IMG/VR virus record: IMGVR_UViG_3300020156_000022
Location: 1-64,000 of that record
DNA: 64,000 nucleotides
Strand: one strand, 5' to 3'
Source of the DNA: a virus
The notes under the pieces: model-generated
The model's database searches: none
Told to the model about the DNA's origin: nothing
The model's input: only the letters and a program-made list of their open reading frames with translations
Part shown: positions 21,219-31,848 of the stretch, in pieces
How the letters are laid out: every line of letters starts with the position of its first letter
Position numbering within the stretch: position 1 is the first letter of the stretch
Translations under genes and position numbers: made by a program

Positions 21219-21443
21219 TTATTTTCTTCTTCCCTTTGTTGGTCCAGGACACCTTGATTTATCTTGAGGATTGTTTGTTTCTGTGCCGCAATCTCGACAT
21301 ATCCAATGCTTATGCCCTTTATATTCCCACCAGTGCATTATAGCTCCTTACATAAGGGCAAGGGGACTTATCCTGTGAGGTTGAACTTTGTGTTTTGTAT
21401 GCCTTACACACCCACAACTTACCTTTACGTTCCCACTGATGTG

Positions 21444-21785
21444 TCATTGAACTTCCTCATATACAATAATAGTTTTTTCTTGAGGCACAACGATTTTTAA
21501 TCCGTCGTCCCATTCAGAGCCAATGTAAGATGTATATTTGCCTGTAGCCTTGTACAGAAGTCCACCAATAAGGAATACAATCCACAGATCTTCGGACCAG
21601 CCATCGTAGTTCTTATCCTGATCATAGGTATGTCCATCAACAACTCTAACTAAGCCTAGGCCAGGAATGTTATATTCCTTACCGATGAAGCTATAGTAAT
21701 TTTGATAGAAACCAAAGCTGCCCCATCCATCAACTTCTTCAGCATATTGAAGTAGGGCAGCTTTAATCAGTGCTGGATCAAACAT
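21444..21785 (-). CDS. phage protein, paralogue 3
   Basis: LYKATGKYTSYIGSEWD...VVPQEKTIIVYE. Confidence 0.75.
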   Translation of the reverse strand: MFDPALIKAALLQYAEEVDGWGSFGFYQNYYSFIGKEYNIPGLGLVRVVDGHTYDQDKNYDGWSEDLWIVFLIGGLLYKATGKYTSYIGSEWDDGLKIVVPQEKTIIVYEEVQ

Positions 21786-22155
21786 CAGTCCACTCCCAAG
21801 TGGTAACTACTTTCTCACGCTTTTCTACTTGTGAGATCTTGCTAATATCCCAAGACCATCCTTCATAAGAGGCATAGTAATAAGGAATCTTGAAGTTAGC
21901 TGAACTGCCATCAATACCTGTTACAGAAAAAACAATATAGCCATCATCAAGTGAGCGATACCCGTAAGAGTCATACTCCCTATTGATGTTAGTATGCTCA
22001 ATTTGTAGTTGGAAGTCAGTTACACCAGGTAGTTCAAACACATGACCAGCATCATACATAGGTAGATCTATGAGAGTGTTTTCCAGCTCGTAATAATCTT
22101 CTGAATCATCTTCAGGGGAAAACCAGCTTTTTATTTCTTCAATATTAGGAATCAT
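21778..22155 (-). CDS. phage protein, paralogue 2
   Basis: FKIPYYYASYEGWSWD...VEKREKVVTTWE. Confidence 0.75.
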   Translation of the reverse strand: MIPNIEEIKSWFSPEDDSEDYYELENTLIDLPMYDAGHVFELPGVTDFQLQIEHTNINREYDSYGYRSLDDGYIVFSVTGIDGSSANFKIPYYYASYEGWSWDISKISQVEKREKVVTTWEWTDV

Positions 22156-22559
22156 TCGAAAACGTCAATAACCTTCTGCTTAGGAGTTACTGGAAGCAGA
22201 TCCCCGTCCCAGGAGATTTCACCATAAGAATCACCGGTACCAGTCTTCTTAAAGAAGGAGTCGCCCACCTTGATAACTACGTAAACAGAAAATGTAGTAC
22301 CCTGAGGAAGCTCTCCGTCATAGAATCCAGCAGCATCGATGTCACCAGAATCGTAAGAAGTCTTACGAGCAACTACAGTAGCCTTTCGACCACCCATATC
22401 GAATGCTCGGCCAACAGGATAACCGTATCGAGTATTATCAGACTCGAAAATGCTCCAGCCACCTTGCTTAGTAACCCAAGCAGATAGCTCAGTAAGTAGG
22501 AAAGCTGGGTGGTCACTAGGAATTTCTGAATTACATAGCGGACAGTTAGCAGTAGTCAA
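22152..22559 (-). CDS. phage protein, paralogue 1
   Basis: FFKKTGTGDSYGEISWDG...VTPKQKVIDVFE. Confidence 0.75.
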   Translation of the reverse strand: MTTANCPLCNSEIPSDHPAFLLTELSAWVTKQGGWSIFESDNTRYGYPVGRAFDMGGRKATVVARKTSYDSGDIDAAGFYDGELPQGTTFSVYVVIKVGDSFFKKTGTGDSYGEISWDGDLLPVTPKQKVIDVFE

Positions 22560-22693
22560 TTTAATATCTCCAATTTAATTCGCGAAAGAATTCAAGCAAC
22601 GCTGACAAGTAACCTTAGCCCAAACCTTAGTTACCTGGACTTGATCTGCCGGGCGATTACAGGCAGTCATTTGCTTGCTGAACATGTAGTGTA

Positions 22694-23494
22694 TCACATC
22701 ATGCCCTTCTTAGCCTTATCTAGAGGCTTCAGCTTATCTTTCTTAGCATAATGGATGTACATGTATGGGTGCGGAGTCTTAAAGTGCTCAAAGTTGGTAA
22801 CGATAAACCTGGCTGACTTGCCTTTTGTGAGAGACGTAATAGTCTTCTTCAGTGCAAGCTTATATGCTAATCCAGGACTGAACTTGTAATTTGTAGGAAT
22901 CATCCAACGCTCAAGAGCAGTCGCAGCAATCTCCTCACGGAATAGAAGAACCTGATCCTCAAAGGTCATGCCATTCCAGAGCTTATCAGGATCGATATCT
23001 ACAGTTTCTCCATTCTTCAAGATCCGCTCGTAAAGAGGACGATCATTGAAGGCTACAGAATCGTGAATACTGTCATGATCGTAAATTCGCACAACAGCAT
23101 CATCAAAAAAGTCTCCAGCAGCTTGAGCTAGGTTCATCTTCTTCTTACCGTGAGTTTTTTCCCAAACCCTATACAGCAGCTTGTGCAATTCCATATCCAG
23201 AACAGCACCATGATTCTTAAGGAACATCAAATCTACCATATGCTTATCCCAAGAACCGTTCTTCAGTTCCCAGTATGCATGAGAAACCTTAATAGTGTAA
23301 AGCTCATCAATGTTAGCAACATCATTGCGATCAAGCTGAGTACCTTCAAACAAAGGATGCCAGAATGGCTCAACCTTATCGTAGCCACTCACAAGAAAAG
23401 CCGGGGACTTGGTACCAAAAAAGTCTAGATCCTTGGGCTCACGGTAGCCGGGAAACCAGTAGTTCATTGCGACTGATCCAATAATCAGCGCCAT
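22694..23494 (-). CDS. putative Pol-beta-superfamily nucleotidyltransferase
   Basis: N-terminal LIIGS...REPKDLDF (hhGS, DxD); later YTIKVSH and HDSIH. Confidence 0.65.
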   Translation of the reverse strand: MALIIGSVAMNYWFPGYREPKDLDFFGTKSPAFLVSGYDKVEPFWHPLFEGTQLDRNDVANIDELYTIKVSHAYWELKNGSWDKHMVDLMFLKNHGAVLDMELHKLLYRVWEKTHGKKKMNLAQAAGDFFDDAVVRIYDHDSIHDSVAFNDRPLYERILKNGETVDIDPDKLWNGMTFEDQVLLFREEIAATALERWMIPTNYKFSPGLAYKLALKKTITSLTKGKSARFIVTNFEHFKTPHPYMYIHYAKKDKLKPLDKAKKGMM

Positions 23495-23895
23495 AAGTGT
23501 TCTCCTTAAAACATAGTCTTATGCTTGCCGCAAATACAGAATACAAAACATTGTGGTTTAGAAGGCCGCTTAAGCCACGTGATAAATCTAGTGATTAGGG
23601 AATTCCCCGAATGCGTCTTCATCAACACCAACACCTTCATGTAAGCTTATTTTAAGAGCATTGAAATGCAGGCTACATAGAAAAAAAGGGACGACCATAT
23701 CCTCGGCTGGCTTAAATGCTACAGAATAAACCGGGACTTGCGGGCATCCTTCAAATGTTGATAGACCTCGAATTTCAGCGGACTGAATAGCTCCGTGATC
23801 TACCATGTCGCAAACAACTTCATGCTCTAATGCTTCTATTTCTGTAATTGGTACAGCAGTAATTAACATCATATATTGCCTCTTTCTCTTAGAAG

Positions 23896-23980
23896 CGGAA
23901 ACTAAGAGAATCGAACTCTCACCTCATTACAAGATGGCCCAGCTTTCCAGACTAGTTAGGTACCATACCAGCTAGCTTCC
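23896..23980 (-). tRNA. tRNA-Ser(GGA)
   Basis: Loop CTGGAAA, long variable arm. Confidence 0.8.
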
Positions 23981-23983
23981 AAG

Positions 23984-24063
23984 AGGAAGGTAAAGGAATT
24001 GAACCCTCAGGATTTCCCTGGCATCACTTTCAAGGCGAATTTGCCACCATGGCGCTACCTTCC
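23984..24063 (-). tRNA. tRNA-Ser(TGA)
   Basis: Loop CTTGAAA, long variable arm. Confidence 0.8.
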
Positions 24064-24897
24064 ATATTCAATTATATCAGTTTTCCCAGCTTATCTCAAC
24101 TTTTCTTGAGTCATGAAGAAAATCATTTATTTCAGAAAACTCAAGAATGCTTTCAAGACCTTTAGTGTCGATAGCTAGCATTTCTTCAGGGTCAGTAGTT
24201 CCGTAGTATTCTTCGGCATTAGCCATATCGACTTCATAATAGCCTGTAATATTTACTTTAATACGTGGCATATCTAATCCTTTTTAAGTTCGAGCCTAAT
24301 CGTAGGTAGAGTCTTCATATCCTGAAGCATTTCTTCAACCAACTCTAGTACATCTTCCGCATCGTATGCGCCGGGCTTAGATAGGCTTGCAAGTTCATGT
24401 TCGACAAATTCATCAAAACTGGCGGTACCTAAAACATCATCAGGCAAATCATCTGAGATTAAGTAATACCCAGTAATGCTTACTTTAACTACTCTTTTCA
24501 AAACTTTATCCTATCCAGCGAAGTGATTTACCAGCTTGATGATAGCCCAAATTACAACTGCAAGAAAACCTAGGCTAGCAAGTGCACTGAATACCCAGAC
24601 AAAGATGAACCCACCAAAAACCTTGGCAAAGCTCTTGTCGTCGTTATCCAAAACGAATTCCTTAATTAGAAGTTACGTACCACTGTAGTATGTGTGGAAA
24701 TACAAAATACATAAATACAAGAGCAAAAATGGTATTTCTGATTACAACCCACTTTTCACGCGGAGTGAGGTTACCCATAGCGTCAACCTTTCTAGTTGCA
24801 GCCCGAGCTAACTAGGGAAGAAATTCCTTCCCAGACCAAGAAGCCAATAATAGATCCCAGTAAAATTGCACTTATATCTGAAATTACATTTTTCATG

Positions 24898-24970
24898 TAC
24901 GCCATGAAGGAGTTGAACCCTCTACGCGCTGTTGATAAGACAGCCGCTCTAACCGTTGAGCTAATGGCGC
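24898..24970 (-). tRNA. tRNA with TAT anticodon (Ile AUA reader) and atypical C37
   Basis: GCTGT-CTTATCA-ACAGC; full cloverleaf. Confidence 0.75.
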
Positions 24971-24975
24971 TTGAC

Positions 24976-25088
24976 AGGCAGTGGCAGGTCTCGAACCTGC
25001 TAGCACCTCTCATCCTACCATGGATTCTGGATGCTGACTACGTGTACTTTGTCGTCAAGACGAGTATCTTCCCCAAACGTTCACTGCC
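24976..25088 (-). ncRNA. tRNA-like RNA with non-tRNA interior
   Basis: GGCAGUG/CACUGCC acceptor and GCAGG-UUCGAGA-CCUGC T-arm around ~80 nt of other structure; promoter at 25096-25124. Confidence 0.6.
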
Positions 25089-25126
25089 AAGAACTACCTT
25101 ACACTAGCAGCCCTAGGCTGTCAACC

Positions 25127-25702
25127 CTAGAAGTTGTTGATTTGCGTGTTGTCAGAACCTAGTTGTACGCCTTTGTTGATTTCGTTTCGCACAAGATTAT
25201 ATTCATAATTAATTAGCCAACGATGCATACGCATCTCCGCAACAGCATCGTCTAGCGCATGGTGTACATTTTCATTGAACTTTCGCAGATCAGGAATTCG
25301 AGGATTTCCCAGTCGATGTACTTCCTGCCTAATATCATTAGTATACATAGGAACATATCTAGGAAGATTGACCATAGCGCGAAACAATTGTCCTAGGCAT
25401 ACATGATCATACGCTGAATACCATCCCCACAATTCTAACTTACCCTCGTTATTGTGAGCTGAGGCGGCATTTAAGAAAGTTTTTACTTCTGCGCGGATAG
25501 CTTGGGTAGTTTTACCATGTTCTTCCAAATTAAGAAGAGGTACTACATTATGCAAAAGCCAAGGATGACCTTCTACTTTATCCCAAGGTGCATCCAAAAA
25601 TTCGTAGTAAAGGCTCTTTCCGTCTTCTCGAATCATACCTACAGAAATAGGATAAACGCTATTTCCAGTTTCTAAAAATTCCCAGTCATGGTAAACTCTC
25701 AA
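25127..25702 (-). CDS. DEDDh 3'-5' exoribonuclease (Rv2179c/RNase AS-like)
   Basis: YHDWEF, WGWYSAYDHV, NDIRQ, HHALDDA. Confidence 0.85.
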   Translation of the reverse strand: MRVYHDWEFLETGNSVYPISVGMIREDGKSLYYEFLDAPWDKVEGHPWLLHNVVPLLNLEEHGKTTQAIRAEVKTFLNAASAHNNEGKLELWGWYSAYDHVCLGQLFRAMVNLPRYVPMYTNDIRQEVHRLGNPRIPDLRKFNENVHHALDDAVAEMRMHRWLINYEYNLVRNEINKGVQLGSDNTQINNF

Positions 25703-26196
25703 TTTAACTCCAAAGTGCGGGGAAAATTTCAGCCAATTCCTTCATGGCTTGCTGACCTTCTACAGTAATCGCCATCTCTTCTGCAAAACTAGCAGTATCG
25801 AACTTTTTGGAATATTTTTCAAGACGTTCTGCAATGCTAGATAGTTGAGACTTCCATTCTTCCTCAGTCATTCCAGATGGATGACCACCAGCATTTCTAA
25901 TAAATTCTCTTAGCTGAAAGCTAATGACCTCAGCAAGATAAATATCCAAATTCCACCAAGCGGGACCGCTAGTTACTTCAGAATTAATTAGTACTTCAGC
26001 CATTAGCTTTTAACCTCTTTACCAGATATATGCTTGCTTCTTTTCATCCCACCAGTAATTTCCGCTGCAACCTATGGAATAAGGAATATCTTGGTCGTAG
26101 ACTACAATAGTCTCTTCAACCCAGATACTACTCTTATTAGATTTAATAAGCTCACCATCTAATATGCCGCCAATACATTTTCCAATGTATTTAAAT

Positions 26197-26640
26197 TCAG
26201 CCACCACCAGAACCTCCACCCTTAGCTCCACCACCAACAGGAGCCTTAACAGCTGATCCTGGACCGCCCTTACCTACAACGCCAGTCTTTACTGTTCCGT
26301 TAGAGACCCTACCAGATGAAGGCAAGCCAAATTTCTGACGAGATGCCTTGTCGGTAACAGAAAATCTCTGAGAATTAGCAGGTAGACGACTACCTACAGG
26401 ATAGGATGAGCCTCCATGAACAGAGCTGCCCATGTAGAAAAAGAACATACTGGAATCGTAACTTCCACTACCGTCATCGCAGAGGTCTTCATCGACAACA
26501 TTGCCATTAGCATCTGCGCAATAGAAGTGTCCGTCTTCATTAGGATTTTCTTCGCTATCACAGGCGGCCATACCGCCCATAGCTAGCATAGCGAATGTTG
26601 CAGTTAAAGTTACTCGACGTGAATGCATGCGTCGGGTCAT
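26197..26640 (-). CDS. lipoprotein with Gly-rich tail
   Basis: Lipobox MAAC; promoter at 26679-26707 places the start at MTRR. Confidence 0.7.
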   Translation of the reverse strand: MTRRMHSRRVTLTATFAMLAMGGMAACDSEENPNEDGHFYCADANGNVVDEDLCDDGSGSYDSSMFFFYMGSSVHGGSSYPVGSRLPANSQRFSVTDKASRQKFGLPSSGRVSNGTVKTGVVGKGGPGSAVKAPVGGGAKGGGSGGG

Positions 26641-27446
26641 CTGAACCGATCGCCCTTTCTGTGATTTGTTATGGCTCAATCCTAGCAGGTTAGTTTATCT
26701 ATGTCAAGAAAAAGGCTAGTCCGAAGACTAGCCTTGTGTAAATGAATGAGGAAGCAACTGCTTCCTCATTTGATTGAAAGGACGATGGTGAAGGTCTTGC
26801 ATCCTCCTGGGATCACCCGGCACTCAGAATTACAACGGAATCGAACCGTTCCCTCTATATGACCTCGCCCGTTACTTTTAAGTTAAATGAAATTGTTGGG
26901 ATTGGTTATGCCTTTTATTTCAAGGGACCATCCATGCCCATACAATTTCAAGTGCTCCGTCTGAGAATCGAACTCAGCTAGCGCAAGCGCATCGGGGTTA
27001 CAGCCCAATATCTGTCCCAGCAGCCGAAGCATGGAGCCAAGTTTCCTTGGCTGTAGATCTATCTTAGCAAAGCTCTCAGTACCTGTCAAGCGATCTTACG
27101 AGAAGATGTCCGTGAGTTACTTCTGTTACATATTGCCAATAATCAAAGTTGATAGCAGGATCTGTAAAATCCTTGGCAAACTCAGCAGGAATCTCATAAT
27201 TTTCTAGATCAGGAAACTGAGCCTTCAAGTCTTCAACAACCTCTTCAACGACCTCAAGAAAATGTAGCATAGTTAAACGAGGCGCACCTGCACGAGCTTC
27301 TTCACAGAAATTCTCGTCATTACGCATGAACTGCACAAAATCATAAAGCATGTCTATGTTATTACGGTCATTTGTAGTTAGCATCCGCCCGCTGATTAGC
27401 GTAAGGACTTCTGTAAAGGGAAAGGTTCGATACTGGTATGTCATTT

Positions 27447-27665
27447 TTACCTCTTACAATCTGGCCAGCGGTCTCCAACCTTGCAACGCTTAGAATTACG
27501 ATACTTATGCTTATCCGTTTCTCCGTCATCCTCAAGAATAGTAACTCGCTTGTGAGTCTTCTTAATAACGACTCCTGAGTCTATGCCATCAGACTCGCCA
27601 GCACAAGCCGTGAGACCCGTAACTGCCATGATGCTTGCTAGTGCAATACCAATCATCTTCTTCAT
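27447..27665 (-). CDS. small lipoprotein
   Basis: MKK...LTAC lipobox. Confidence 0.7.
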   Translation of the reverse strand: MKKMIGIALASIMAVTGLTACAGESDGIDSGVVIKKTHKRVTILEDDGETDKHKYRNSKRCKVGDRWPDCKR

Positions 27666-27697
27666 GTCAACTACACTAGCAAGCATCAAAGATCATG

Positions 27698-28963
27698 TCA
27701 AGGGTTGACTTGGCCTGATCCGTCTGCCCAGACGTTGTTACGCCAGACATTGGTTGGATCAGTTTCCCATGCTGCTACAGGCCCATACCAGCCACAAGTA
27801 CGTCCATTTTGGCTAGCATATTTTTTTCCAAATGAATTATTCTCAATAGTAATATTAGTACCATGAGGATAGGGCTTTCCAGAAGTAGTTCCTGTAGATC
27901 CAGCATATAGACAATAAGATCCACCATCGAATAGGTTTTCTCTAATTTCTACTTTATCTACAGGATGGAAGTCACCATACATTACTAATGCACCAGAGCA
28001 TCCTTGTGCTCCGCAGTCAAGACGATTGTGAATAATTCTGTTATTTGAACCACCATTAGATCCTGCTGCTGATTGATGTGCTCCAGATACATAGAAGAAA
28101 TCATGAGCCCAAGAATCTTGAATAGTTACATTGTTCTGGAAATTGAATCCTCGTCCAGAATGGTGGATGTTACAGCGAATACAGGTATAGTTGTCGTATC
28201 CAATAGCAGCTTCACCATTAGCTGTTACCGCACCAGTACCATCAATTTCAACATCTTTAAGTGTTAATCCTGATAGATTCCAGTTTAATACATAGTCAGC
28301 GGCTACTAAACCATTAATTTTGGAACGAGTAACTGTTACATTTTTACCTCTAATAAGTAAGCCGCCCTCAAAGAGACAAGAATCTAGCTTAGCATTATCG
28401 GTAGATACCGTAGTACTGCAAGTCTTTAAGACTACACCAGCTGGAACTCCTGTGCAAGCAGCATCAGGGAAAGCTGGGTAACTAGGACAACTACGTTCAG
28501 TAGGCTCTGGGGCTGGGGTAGTTGTAGTTGGTACAGTAGTTGGTGGTGTTGTAGTAGGTGTAGAAGTCACACTAGGACTTACAGTAGGAGAAGAGGTAAC
28601 TACAGAAGGCTTGTAAGCTGCTACTAATTCTACAGTAATAGCAGTTGATGCCCAAGGAGTTACGGTGCCGTTAGCAGCTACAGATTTTGCTGCCAGAATA
28701 GTAACGGTCTTATTAGTTTTACTTTGTACTCGTACCAGGCCAGAACGATTAACTAATGATGCAGTAATCCCAGCAGGTACCACTCCTAGATTGTGGGTCA
28801 ATACACAAGACCCACTAGTATTCGTAGTACAGGATAATTGAGCACCCCATGATTGCATAATTGTAGTAGGTGCAGCTTGAGCACTAGTACAAGCTGTTAA
28901 GAGTAATAAAAGGCCAACAAATAAGGCCCAAGGTCTTACAGTTTTCATGTATTTACCTTTCAA
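27698..28963 (-). CDS. secreted/lipo-protein with parallel beta-helix (pectin-lyase-like) domain
   Basis: Signal peptide, Thr/Pro linker, repeated Asn-rich turns (NVTIQDSW, NNRIIHN, VEIRENL, NITIENN). Confidence 0.65.
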   Translation of the reverse strand: MKGKYMKTVRPWALFVGLLLLLTACTSAQAAPTTIMQSWGAQLSCTTNTSGSCVLTHNLGVVPAGITASLVNRSGLVRVQSKTNKTVTILAAKSVAANGTVTPWASTAITVELVAAYKPSVVTSSPTVSPSVTSTPTTTPPTTVPTTTTPAPEPTERSCPSYPAFPDAACTGVPAGVVLKTCSTTVSTDNAKLDSCLFEGGLLIRGKNVTVTRSKINGLVAADYVLNWNLSGLTLKDVEIDGTGAVTANGEAAIGYDNYTCIRCNIHHSGRGFNFQNNVTIQDSWAHDFFYVSGAHQSAAGSNGGSNNRIIHNRLDCGAQGCSGALVMYGDFHPVDKVEIRENLFDGGSYCLYAGSTGTTSGKPYPHGTNITIENNSFGKKYASQNGRTCGWYGPVAAWETDPTNVWRNNVWADGSGQVNP

Positions 28964-29171
28964 AAGGGATCGACCTTTTATTACTCTAGCAATCTATTGG
29001 TCTATTGTCAATGGCGAGGAATACTTATATCAGGGTGTCCACCAATTTTAGAAATTGGTTGTTGACAAACAGGACATATAGTTTTCTTTTCATGCTTAAC
29101 CCAACGCTTTCCTGTGCCCGAACAATTAATTATCGTATCCGGCAATTTTCTTCCCACCGAGCTTCCTTTCC

Positions 29172-30407
29172 TTATAACCCTACTCGATATGCTAACATTT
29201 GAGGAATAGTTGCAATAGCCATTGTGTCGTCATTTTTTAGCAAGATAGAAGCTTTGTGTGTTTGGGTATCTTTGCCCAACAAGAATCTACACTCTGGCAA
29301 ACTATAGGCTTTAAGCATTTCTACCAGATGCAAATAGTTAACAGCTAATGTTTTAGGCTTTCCCGTCCACTTGCAAGGAATTACTACTGAAGCAGAATTT
29401 TCAATGTCTTTAGCTACAATCTTAACAAATTCATTTTCAATAATTAGCCCAATAGCATTAGATGAGCTGTCAGAGGCTACTTTAACTTGCTTGATGGCAG
29501 TAATCAGCTCTTGGCGATTGACAATAAATTCTTGATCGTTGCTTAAAGCAGGGCGTAGCCATAACTGCTCAACTTTAGGATAAGGATCATCTAGCTTGTT
29601 GACGTAGAAAATTACGTTGTTAAGTCTAAATACCAGACGGCCCTTAGTTTCGCCAATTTCCAGAATTTCCTGATCAGTAGAGGACAAAGTTTTAATGATG
29701 GTATTAATACTATATGTTGGCAACTGCATAGATAGTTTAAAATCTTCTACTCTAACTTGCTGGAATCGAGATCCATCGCAAGCAGTAAATTTGCCACCAC
29801 GGATGTGGATCATCCGCAAAGTATCTAAACCAGAATGATCTTTACCAGGTAAAGCATATTTGACATTAGTAATTGCATCAATAAAAGCTTGTCTTTGTAC
29901 TTCATGGAATACTACATTATCTAGTATGTCCATAGGAGGAAAGTCGGAACCATTCATGATTCTGATTTCAGCCGAAAAGCCTCCAGCAACGATTACAGCT
30001 CCTGTGGTACTTACCTCAATAAAAATAGTACTTCCAGCATTAGCTTCTTTTACAATAGTTAAAAGAGTTTTAGCAGGAAGTACTTCTGTTCCTGGAATTT
30101 TAGTATCTACTTGGTTAGTGCTGACTACAATAGCCATATCAAGGGAACTAGCAATAACTTCTAGTTTGCCTTCAGTAACTTTTAACTGAAAATTAGTCAG
30201 CACAGGAATCATATTACGAGTAGGTACTACACTAATAGCTTTTTCTAGCAGAACGAGAAGTATTTCTCGTTGAATTTCAAAGCTAGTACCAACTATTTCC
30301 TGCGAAGTCAAAGTGTCAGCATGAGCAGACTTAACAGGAAATGCTGGTGCCTTCGGTTCTTCTTTTTCCAGCCAGCTCAAGATATCTACATCATCTAACA
30401 CTTCCAT
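29172..30407 (-). CDS. dnaN: DNA polymerase III beta-clamp-like protein
   Basis: PVLTNF, ASSLD, DFPP, ACDGSR, YPKVE, NYLHL motifs; three-domain length. Confidence 0.85.
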   Translation of the reverse strand: MEVLDDVDILSWLEKEEPKAPAFPVKSAHADTLTSQEIVGTSFEIQREILLVLLEKAISVVPTRNMIPVLTNFQLKVTEGKLEVIASSLDMAIVVSTNQVDTKIPGTEVLPAKTLLTIVKEANAGSTIFIEVSTTGAVIVAGGFSAEIRIMNGSDFPPMDILDNVVFHEVQRQAFIDAITNVKYALPGKDHSGLDTLRMIHIRGGKFTACDGSRFQQVRVEDFKLSMQLPTYSINTIIKTLSSTDQEILEIGETKGRLVFRLNNVIFYVNKLDDPYPKVEQLWLRPALSNDQEFIVNRQELITAIKQVKVASDSSSNAIGLIIENEFVKIVAKDIENSASVVIPCKWTGKPKTLAVNYLHLVEMLKAYSLPECRFLLGKDTQTHKASILLKNDDTMAIATIPQMLAYRVGL

Positions 30408-30417
30408 GCCCTAACTC

Positions 30418-30666
30418 CTAAAGGTTTAACTTGTCTAATGTTTCAGTGATCTCAGTAAGTAGAGTCTGAAGATCTGTTTGTAGCTCTACCAGAGTAGCAC
30501 GAGCATCAACTACATTGTCAACCCCAAAACTGGCATAAAGTTCGGCTAGCGCTTCTGCTTCAGCTTTTTCAGCGTTTTCCCTGACTGCCTCTGCACGAGC
30601 CTTAGCCATTCTGGCAGCATCGAGTCTTGATTTAATTTCAGCAATCTGGGCATCGATACTGCTCAT
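30418..30666 (-). CDS. small coiled-coil protein
   Basis: 82 aa heptad-rich ORF within the clamp/nuclease operon. Confidence 0.65.
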   Translation of the reverse strand: MSSIDAQIAEIKSRLDAARMAKARAEAVRENAEKAEAEALAELYASFGVDNVVDARATLVELQTDLQTLLTEITETLDKLNL

Positions 30667-30802
30667 ACAAATCTCTTTACTGTCGAAGTACTTTTACATT
30701 TATTACAGTAGGTAACTCCCACCGAAGACATATATTGGCTACCATTATCTACTACCTTGACATGGCCACAAGACAACACAGCCATCAATTTCTTTTCTGG
30801 TT

Positions 30803-31636
30803 TCATTTAAATAGCTTCCTTTGAAATTTACTACAGGCATGTTGAACTTCACACCATGAGCATCCAACGTTATCAGATTTTGGGGCATGATCGCCAGCCC
30901 ATTGTGACTGCATCATGGCTGAAATCCTAGCCCACATTTCAGCACGATCGTCGTTGGTAAAATAAAATTCTTTAACCTGCTCGTCACAGATAGGTTGGAT
31001 AAATCCACATTTATTTGGAGGTTCACCAAACATACTAATGATTACTAGATCATAGAAGATTAATTGCCCTAGACTTTTTTTCCAATAATCGTTGTCTGCT
31101 GTAGTCTTGAGATCCCACACAATGAACTTACCATTGTTGTCTCGGACCAGCAAATCAAATTCACCACGAAGCACAATTTCATCAAGTTCGCCAGTTGGTC
31201 GTTTGATCTTGACAACTTCATAGAATCTTTTCCCCGGCTCATAATCAAAAGGCAATACTCGTGCCTCTAAAATAGGCTGAAGCAGTAAAGCTGCGCCGGT
31301 ACATACAGTATGAATTTTCTTCTTATCGTTTTTGTTTCGCCATTTGATAGTATCCTTTTCTTGGGCACTCACAATAGCCTTTTCGAAATGCTCATCTACT
31401 AGATCCACCATGTTACCCACAGGATTATCTAGCCAAGCCTTCTGTACTGAGTCTACGACTGTACCAGCCAAGAAATTACGTACATCTTTGCCAGGAGCAG
31501 ATAAGCCTTGAGTAATAAGATAATGCTTTTGCTTACACAGTTCGAAACGTTGTAGGCTACTCCAAGAAACTTTGAAACGTTCATCTTTTTCAGTCATATT
31601 TATCCTTCGATAGTTGATCTCTCTATTATACCTCAA
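30803..31636 (-). CDS. PD-(D/E)xK (RecB/Cas4-like) exonuclease
   Basis: SWSSLQRFELC, GEFDLL, WDLKT, QLIFY, CSWC...C. Confidence 0.85.
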   Translation of the reverse strand: MRYNREINYRRINMTEKDERFKVSWSSLQRFELCKQKHYLITQGLSAPGKDVRNFLAGTVVDSVQKAWLDNPVGNMVDLVDEHFEKAIVSAQEKDTIKWRNKNDKKKIHTVCTGAALLLQPILEARVLPFDYEPGKRFYEVVKIKRPTGELDEIVLRGEFDLLVRDNNGKFIVWDLKTTADNDYWKKSLGQLIFYDLVIISMFGEPPNKCGFIQPICDEQVKEFYFTNDDRAEMWARISAMMQSQWAGDHAPKSDNVGCSWCEVQHACSKFQRKLFK

Positions 31637-31848
31637 CTATCTTAGCAGCTCAAGACTGGTTTTTGCAGTAAACTTATCCCAGTATTTGTCTAAAGCGTTC
31701 TTCAGTAGCTTTAGGGTCTTTCATCGCACAAGAAAAACAAATCATAGTTTTTCCAGGTGGCCCGTATGGTCTAAGTTCTTCAATTTCACCGCAATCATCA
31801 CACTGTTGAGATTTCTCAGTATATGCGACAAATACATCATTGATTTTA

